Of a stretch of 64,000 bases of DNA, positions 59,450 through 64,000 are shown piece after piece. The DNA lies in the NCBI GenBank assembly GCA_002104905.1, contig MCFE01000134.1, positions 94,014-158,013 of the forward strand, given 5' to 3'. This stretch comes from Basidiobolus meristosporus CBS 931.73 (Eukaryota; Fungi; Basidiobolomycota). The notes beneath the pieces were generated by a model that was not told where the DNA came from, did no database searches, and saw nothing but the letters and a program-made list of their open reading frames with translations. Numbering within the stretch: the stretch's first letter is position 1; every line of letters starts with the position of its first letter. A program made the position numbers and the translations under genes.

Positions 59450-60571
59450 ATGACTTTCATCCGCAACCTCAAATTAGAAATAAAACCTGCTAAGGATCGA
59501 TTCTTTCTCCCTCTTAATAACTCCTTCGAGCCCACCGCCGATGTTGTACAGCCGCCGGAGACCGTCATTCAGGGAGAAGTCTTGGTTCGCTTGAAGCGAC
59601 CGCTTAAAGTCACCTCGCTCACACTAAAGTTCGAAGGTTACGTTGAAGAGAAAGGTATTTGTTGTTTACCGAGTTGCATTGACGTATTTATGGACTTAAC
59701 TAATATCCCTTTGCTAGCATTTGGAGTGAAGTCCTTGAAATTTCTCAGTCAACGCTATATTGTCAAGGAGAAGATCGTTTTCTTGCAGGCCCCAAATGGG
59801 CACCAACAACTTAGTGCCGGTACACACGCGTTCAACTTCAGCTTCGCTTTAGGCTCCCAATTGCCCGAAACAGTTCACAGCCCATTCCTCAATGTGCGAT
59901 ACAATTTGGTTGCGATATTGAAGAAGCCTGGATTCTCGACCACTGTTAAGCAAGTCAAGGAGCTGTCAATTTCGCGGGTGAGTGAAGTCTCTGATCCTGA
60001 CTGCCAACCGGCCATTGTCTTAGCGAATGCCTGGCCGAAGGTTCTGGACTACAGTGTTGTTCTGTCCAACAAAATCTTGGCTTTGGAGCAGACAGTACCT
60101 ATAGAATTCCACCTGTGGCCCCATTCCCCGGATATCAAATTCCTTGGCCTCGAGTTCTATCTGGTAGAGGAGATAACGTATATGAACAGAAGCATCGAGG
60201 GCACTACCAACACAAAGCGATGGATTAAACTCAAGTCGATCAGCACATTGCATGATAGTATGCTGACTAACAAATTGGTTAGGGTTCAGATACCTCCAGA
60301 GGCTAGGGCCCGCTGTGATATCAACAACGAATTCATTCAGATCCACCATAAGCTGGAAGTCCGAATCTTATTTGAAAATCGTCGAAAATTGAATTCCATT
60401 ACTCTAAGGTGCCAAGTGATTGTTCAGCCTGAGCCGCTGATTGACGAGGATTTGCCCTCATACATGCAGTCATTCCAGAGCCAGCTTGTAGAGATAGCGG
60501 ATCCTCAGCCCCTCCAGACCTGGTCCAACAATATATTACCTGCATACGAAGTAGTAGCACTCGTACATTGA
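59450..60571 (+). CDS. Alpha-arrestin (arrestin N and C domains) with one in-frame 63-nt intron (59655-59717)
   Basis: IQGEVLVRL...VTSLTLKFEG, GTHAFNFSFAL...LPETV, IQIHHKLEVRI, C-terminal LPSY and LPAY motifs. Intron GTATTT...CTAAT...TAG. Confidence 0.92.
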   Translation: MTFIRNLKLEIKPAKDRFFLPLNNSFEPTADVVQPPETVIQGEVLVRLKRPLKVTSLTLKFEGYVEEKGICCLPSCIDVFMDLTNIPLLAFGVKSLKFLSQRYIVKEKIVFLQAPNGHQQLSAGTHAFNFSFALGSQLPETVHSPFLNVRYNLVAILKKPGFSTTVKQVKELSISRVSEVSDPDCQPAIVLANAWPKVLDYSVVLSNKILALEQTVPIEFHLWPHSPDIKFLGLEFYLVEEITYMNRSIEGTTNTKRWIKLKSISTLHDSMLTNKLVRVQIPPEARARCDINNEFIQIHHKLEVRILFENRRKLNSITLRCQVIVQPEPLIDEDLPSYMQSFQSQLVEIADPQPLQTWSNNILPAYEVVALVH

Positions 60572-61057
60572 CCCAAGGTATTCTGTCTTCGGAAGGCAAT
60601 GGTAACAATACATTCCGTTATTGCTCGGCCCATAGTAGGGAGAGGTTGTGGTATGTATATTGAAGCCTCTCTTGTTAACGCTGACCTCTCCGGATTTGTA
60701 AAACTTCCCACACATCGTCTCAATATCCCAATGTATAAATTTCTATCACGATATCTTGGTCCAAATACCCTGCATGTACTATATTCCAGACTGTTTAGTA
60801 AATCAATTGGTGCGCTTTGGCATTGCAACTGTGAATTCCATCCGTTTTGGTGGCAACCCCATCTTCTCATTTATACGGCAAGGTATCTATATTAATCTCA
60901 ACTTCTACGCGATGTCAGGCATACACATCGATCTTTGGTGGTTCCAGCAACGATACATGGATTGTGATACAAATAAAGATCACGCACAATCTTGCTTTTT
61001 ATTAGAGAATTATGGAGAGCTTGGAAATTGCGTGAAGATCGAGGTATCTCCACACAT

Positions 61058-61909
61058 CTAACTAGAGGAAGCGAAGCCCTGGACCCAACTAGAAAACTCC
61101 TCCGGGTTGCGCGTTTGCATGTACACTCTGCCTGGTCCCTTAAATCTGCATACAAGCCCTTCGCCGGTAGTTAAAGATGCGATGAACCCAGCAGCCTTTT
61201 CAATTTTGTAGTTGACTGCGTGATCCCAAGCAACTAGATGACCATTGTCAATGATAATCTCTTCGTTATTCTGAAGCTCAACTGTATGTATAGCACCCAA
61301 AGAGCTCACAAATATCACCCCTTCGCCTGAGGCTTTAATTGTGAACAATCCCTCGCCGGAGAAGAGACCTTTCGTAATGCCCTGTGACTTCACACTTAGC
61401 TGCACTCCACTTGTGTGCGCCAGATATGAGTGCTTAGAAACGATGAATGAACGACCACCCTCCAAGTGGATAGGAATTATGTCGCCAAGGATGGGCGGGG
61501 CAAGATAGATATATCCATCGGCATCATTTGCAGTGGCTGAGGTATACATCATATCTCCCGAAGCAAAAAGCTTGAAACCTCGTTTGAATTTACCTTCTAG
61601 TCGAATGGTTGGTGACATGGCGACCATGGAGCCACCTTTAGACTTGATATAGTGCCCTTTTGGAATGTCAACCCGCAGCATTGTGTTGGTATCGCGATAC
61701 ATAATGGAATATATAAATACGCCACTTTGCCCATTGATACTCTGCTCTCGTTGCTGCGACTGGGAATATATGGGGGGTTGTTGTCCAGCCGGCAAAGTAG
61801 TCTGGATTGGGTAGCCTGGGGTTGGGAAAGGATGATTGGGATGACCAGATGGTTGGAATGAGGATGTACCTTCAGAGTTGTGCTTGTTGTCAGTTGGGTA
61901 CTGGCTCAT
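61058..61909 (-). CDS. AIM24/TIGR00266 (DUF124) family protein
   Basis: YRDTNTMLRVDI, GGSMVAMS, GEGLFTIKASGEG, IIDNGHLVAW, TGEGLVCRFKGPGRVYMQTRN; Pro/Gln-rich N-extension. Confidence 0.92.
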   Translation of the reverse strand: MSQYPTDNKHNSEGTSSFQPSGHPNHPFPTPGYPIQTTLPAGQQPPIYSQSQQREQSINGQSGVFIYSIMYRDTNTMLRVDIPKGHYIKSKGGSMVAMSPTIRLEGKFKRGFKLFASGDMMYTSATANDADGYIYLAPPILGDIIPIHLEGGRSFIVSKHSYLAHTSGVQLSVKSQGITKGLFSGEGLFTIKASGEGVIFVSSLGAIHTVELQNNEEIIIDNGHLVAWDHAVNYKIEKAAGFIASLTTGEGLVCRFKGPGRVYMQTRNPEEFSSWVQGFASSS

Positions 61910-62456
61910 GTTGGTGAAAATAGTGTTCTACCTTTAACTGCCAGTCATGATTTATAGTAGAAAATCAATGACCATATCCCACCGCCCCATAAAGCAAGAA
62001 TGATTTCATATCTATGACTGGCCCAGATCAGTATGCAGGATCAGTAGAGTCACACTGTCAGACTTTTCCACAGTAATACAGTGATTGGAGGAGTGATAGG
62101 GATCCAATGGTCCGGGTTCACAGGTTGATGACGTACAGAAATGCATAACGATGTGCGAAGGAACTGCATGCTCGATTGACCAATCATACGACAGTGCTCG
62201 AGAACTTGCTAAAGAGCCACACTTGGTATCAATTATCGGGACATTAAAGCCGAACACCGTGTGTATTGAACTTTAAACGGGTAGCGGATGGTTATTGAAG
62301 GTCACATTTAATGGAGCGTTGTATGTATGTACATATGATAAATATGATGAACAGTTATTTACATCAAGCCTTGAACATCCGTTGCAATTTCATTCATAGG
62401 TACTGAAGACTGACGGTGGTAGCAGCTAATGTTGGTCATGCGATGGATCTCTTCTA

Positions 62457-63080
62457 TTATTCGTATTCGGGTAGCTGCTCATCGCCAAGAATTTCTTTCC
62501 AAGGCTGATATGCAGGCAACTCCTCGTCTAGCGGGGCAGTAAGGTTCAAAAGGTCGCTGTCATGGGGAACATGTAGTGAACCATCCGATTCTCGGATTAG
62601 AACAAGGCCGCCGACATCCACATTGGATTGGTGGTTCGTGTACAGCCACTGGCTAACCCAATAAACCGCCTGTTCAGTTAGCCTGTTATTGCTGTTTACC
62701 TGATAATCAGGGATTTCTTCCAAATTACCAGCGGAGTGATGTCTGCTACTTTCTTCTATTAGGGGTAGCGTAATGACGACAGGAGAAGAAGGAAGCGGAG
62801 CATATTCTGGTTCCGTTCTGTGCGACTTCTGATAGAAGTGGAATATTAGGCTCAGGAACATGACGAAAAAGCAAAACATAACCAGCAACGCCAGGCCGAT
62901 CAGCCCGCTCATCAGCCCTTGCCATACGATCGAGCCTGGTGTGTCAGTGCTGCCCAAGTCAAGCTGTTCCGTGCTGTGTTGAAGTTCAACAAATGAATCA
63001 TGTATTGGCGCGCAAAAAATAGCAGGGATGCAAGAAAGAATTAGAAGTGGGGAAAAGGAGAAATGTACCGTGTAAATCAT
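62457..63080 (-). CDS. Single-pass membrane protein with cytosolic PY-like motifs, hypothetical
   Basis: 207-aa ORF with a signal peptide, TM LIGLALLVMFCFFVMFLSLIF, and tail motifs IPDY, LPAY, LPEY. Confidence 0.75.
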   Translation of the reverse strand: MIYTVHFSFSPLLILSCIPAIFCAPIHDSFVELQHSTEQLDLGSTDTPGSIVWQGLMSGLIGLALLVMFCFFVMFLSLIFHFYQKSHRTEPEYAPLPSSPVVITLPLIEESSRHHSAGNLEEIPDYQVNSNNRLTEQAVYWVSQWLYTNHQSNVDVGGLVLIRESDGSLHVPHDSDLLNLTAPLDEELPAYQPWKEILGDEQLPEYE

Positions 63081-63777
63081 CGGTTGAGGATATCAAGATG
63101 CTTAGGATGCAAGTGAGAGTAAATTTTACAATTTAATGGATGAATAGCGTCTGTTAATGTGACTGGCGGTGAGAGTAATTTATACTGTAGCTCCACAATG
63201 GTGATATCATTGTGAGGCTTAGAGATCAGCCAAAGATGATTGCTCTCAGAAAAAGATCAACCACATTACGAATCATCGGAAAAGGATGGCCTGATCCATT
63301 ATTTATTAATGTAATTGTATCATTATCTGCGATCCGACGAAACCAATGGGTCAAAGATATGGAGATTTTCCGTCAATAGCCAATAACTCCGCCCAACAAT
63401 TGCCAAACCATAAAGCATCAGCATCAAAGAGTGAGGCTAAGATGTCTTGGAATGGAACATGTGCTAGATGGTATAGTTGGAGTGGTGCAGATGGATCCGA
63501 TTTGCGTTCCAATTGCCTAGCCGCAGCCTTGGCATGCACTCACAGCCTAAATATTACATCAGCAATCTAGCTAAGACTTACTATAGTCAATCGTAATATC
63601 ATCATAAGGAATTACCGAAGTTTTCAGTCATGAATAACGTGCTCTGCCGGAATTTCACCGAGTGATCCGAGAAATACGGACTACTCAAAGAATTGAACTG
63701 TTAGTTTCGCATACGTATCTCTAACTATTATATTCCCTAATCATATACTATTGGTAATGACACGTAGCAGGGCGTCC

Positions 63778-64000
63778 TTAGGGTTAGGGTTAGGGTTAGG
63801 GTTAGGGTTAGGGTTAGGGTTAGGGTTAGGGTTAGGGTTAGGTTAGGGTTAGGTTAGGGTTAGGGTTAGGTTAGGGTTAGGGTTAGGGTTAGGGTTAGGG
63901 TTAGGGTTAGGGTTAGGGTTAGGGTTAGGTTAGGGTTAGGGTTAGGGTTAGGGTTAGGGTTAGGGTTAGGGTTAGGGTTAGGGTTAGGGTTAGGGTTAGG
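63778..64000 (+). repeat. Telomeric (TTAGGG)n array with four internal TTAGG variants
   Basis: G-rich strand runs to the window end. 5-mers at 63838, 63849, 63866 and 63925. Confidence 0.98.

Noticed and set aside
1-64000. tRNA, rRNA, CRISPR or prokaryotic operon signals
   Set aside because: No cloverleaf or T-loop consensus, rRNA-like tract or repeat-spacer array was seen; genes have spliceosomal introns.

Overview
Right end of a eukaryotic chromosome or contig, ending in a (TTAGGG)n telomere at 63778-64000. The genes (short GT-AG introns with CTAAC-type branch points, CE4 deacetylase, Git3/cAMP-type GPCR, PX-AGC kinase) point to an early-diverging fungus; a Basidiobolus-like zoopagomycete is my guess, not shown by the sequence. 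Three zones. (1) 1-~17930: a strongly CpG-depleted island of nested dead transposons. It holds several copies of a two-gene CACTA/EnSpm (Tnp2) unit, a truncated Ty3/gypsy gag-protease element with a tRNA-Lys PBS, an integrase/PPT/LTR end, and solo LTRs with 4-bp target duplications. (2) ~20.9-50.4 kb: gene-rich region with a GPCR, an Ig-like multi-TM protein, an arylsulfatase, two tandem RasGEF-domain genes (one ~2066 aa with a repeated SLxxLIxLN motif), a PX-domain SGK-like kinase, an F-box-like protein and a chitin deacetylase. (3) ~52-64 kb: an AT-rich decayed gene region with a LINE remnant and a solo LTR, then an alpha-arrestin, an AIM24-family gene and a PY-motif membrane protein only ~0.7 kb from the telomere. 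No tRNA, rRNA or CRISPR seen. All identities and counts were made by eye; no database search was possible.
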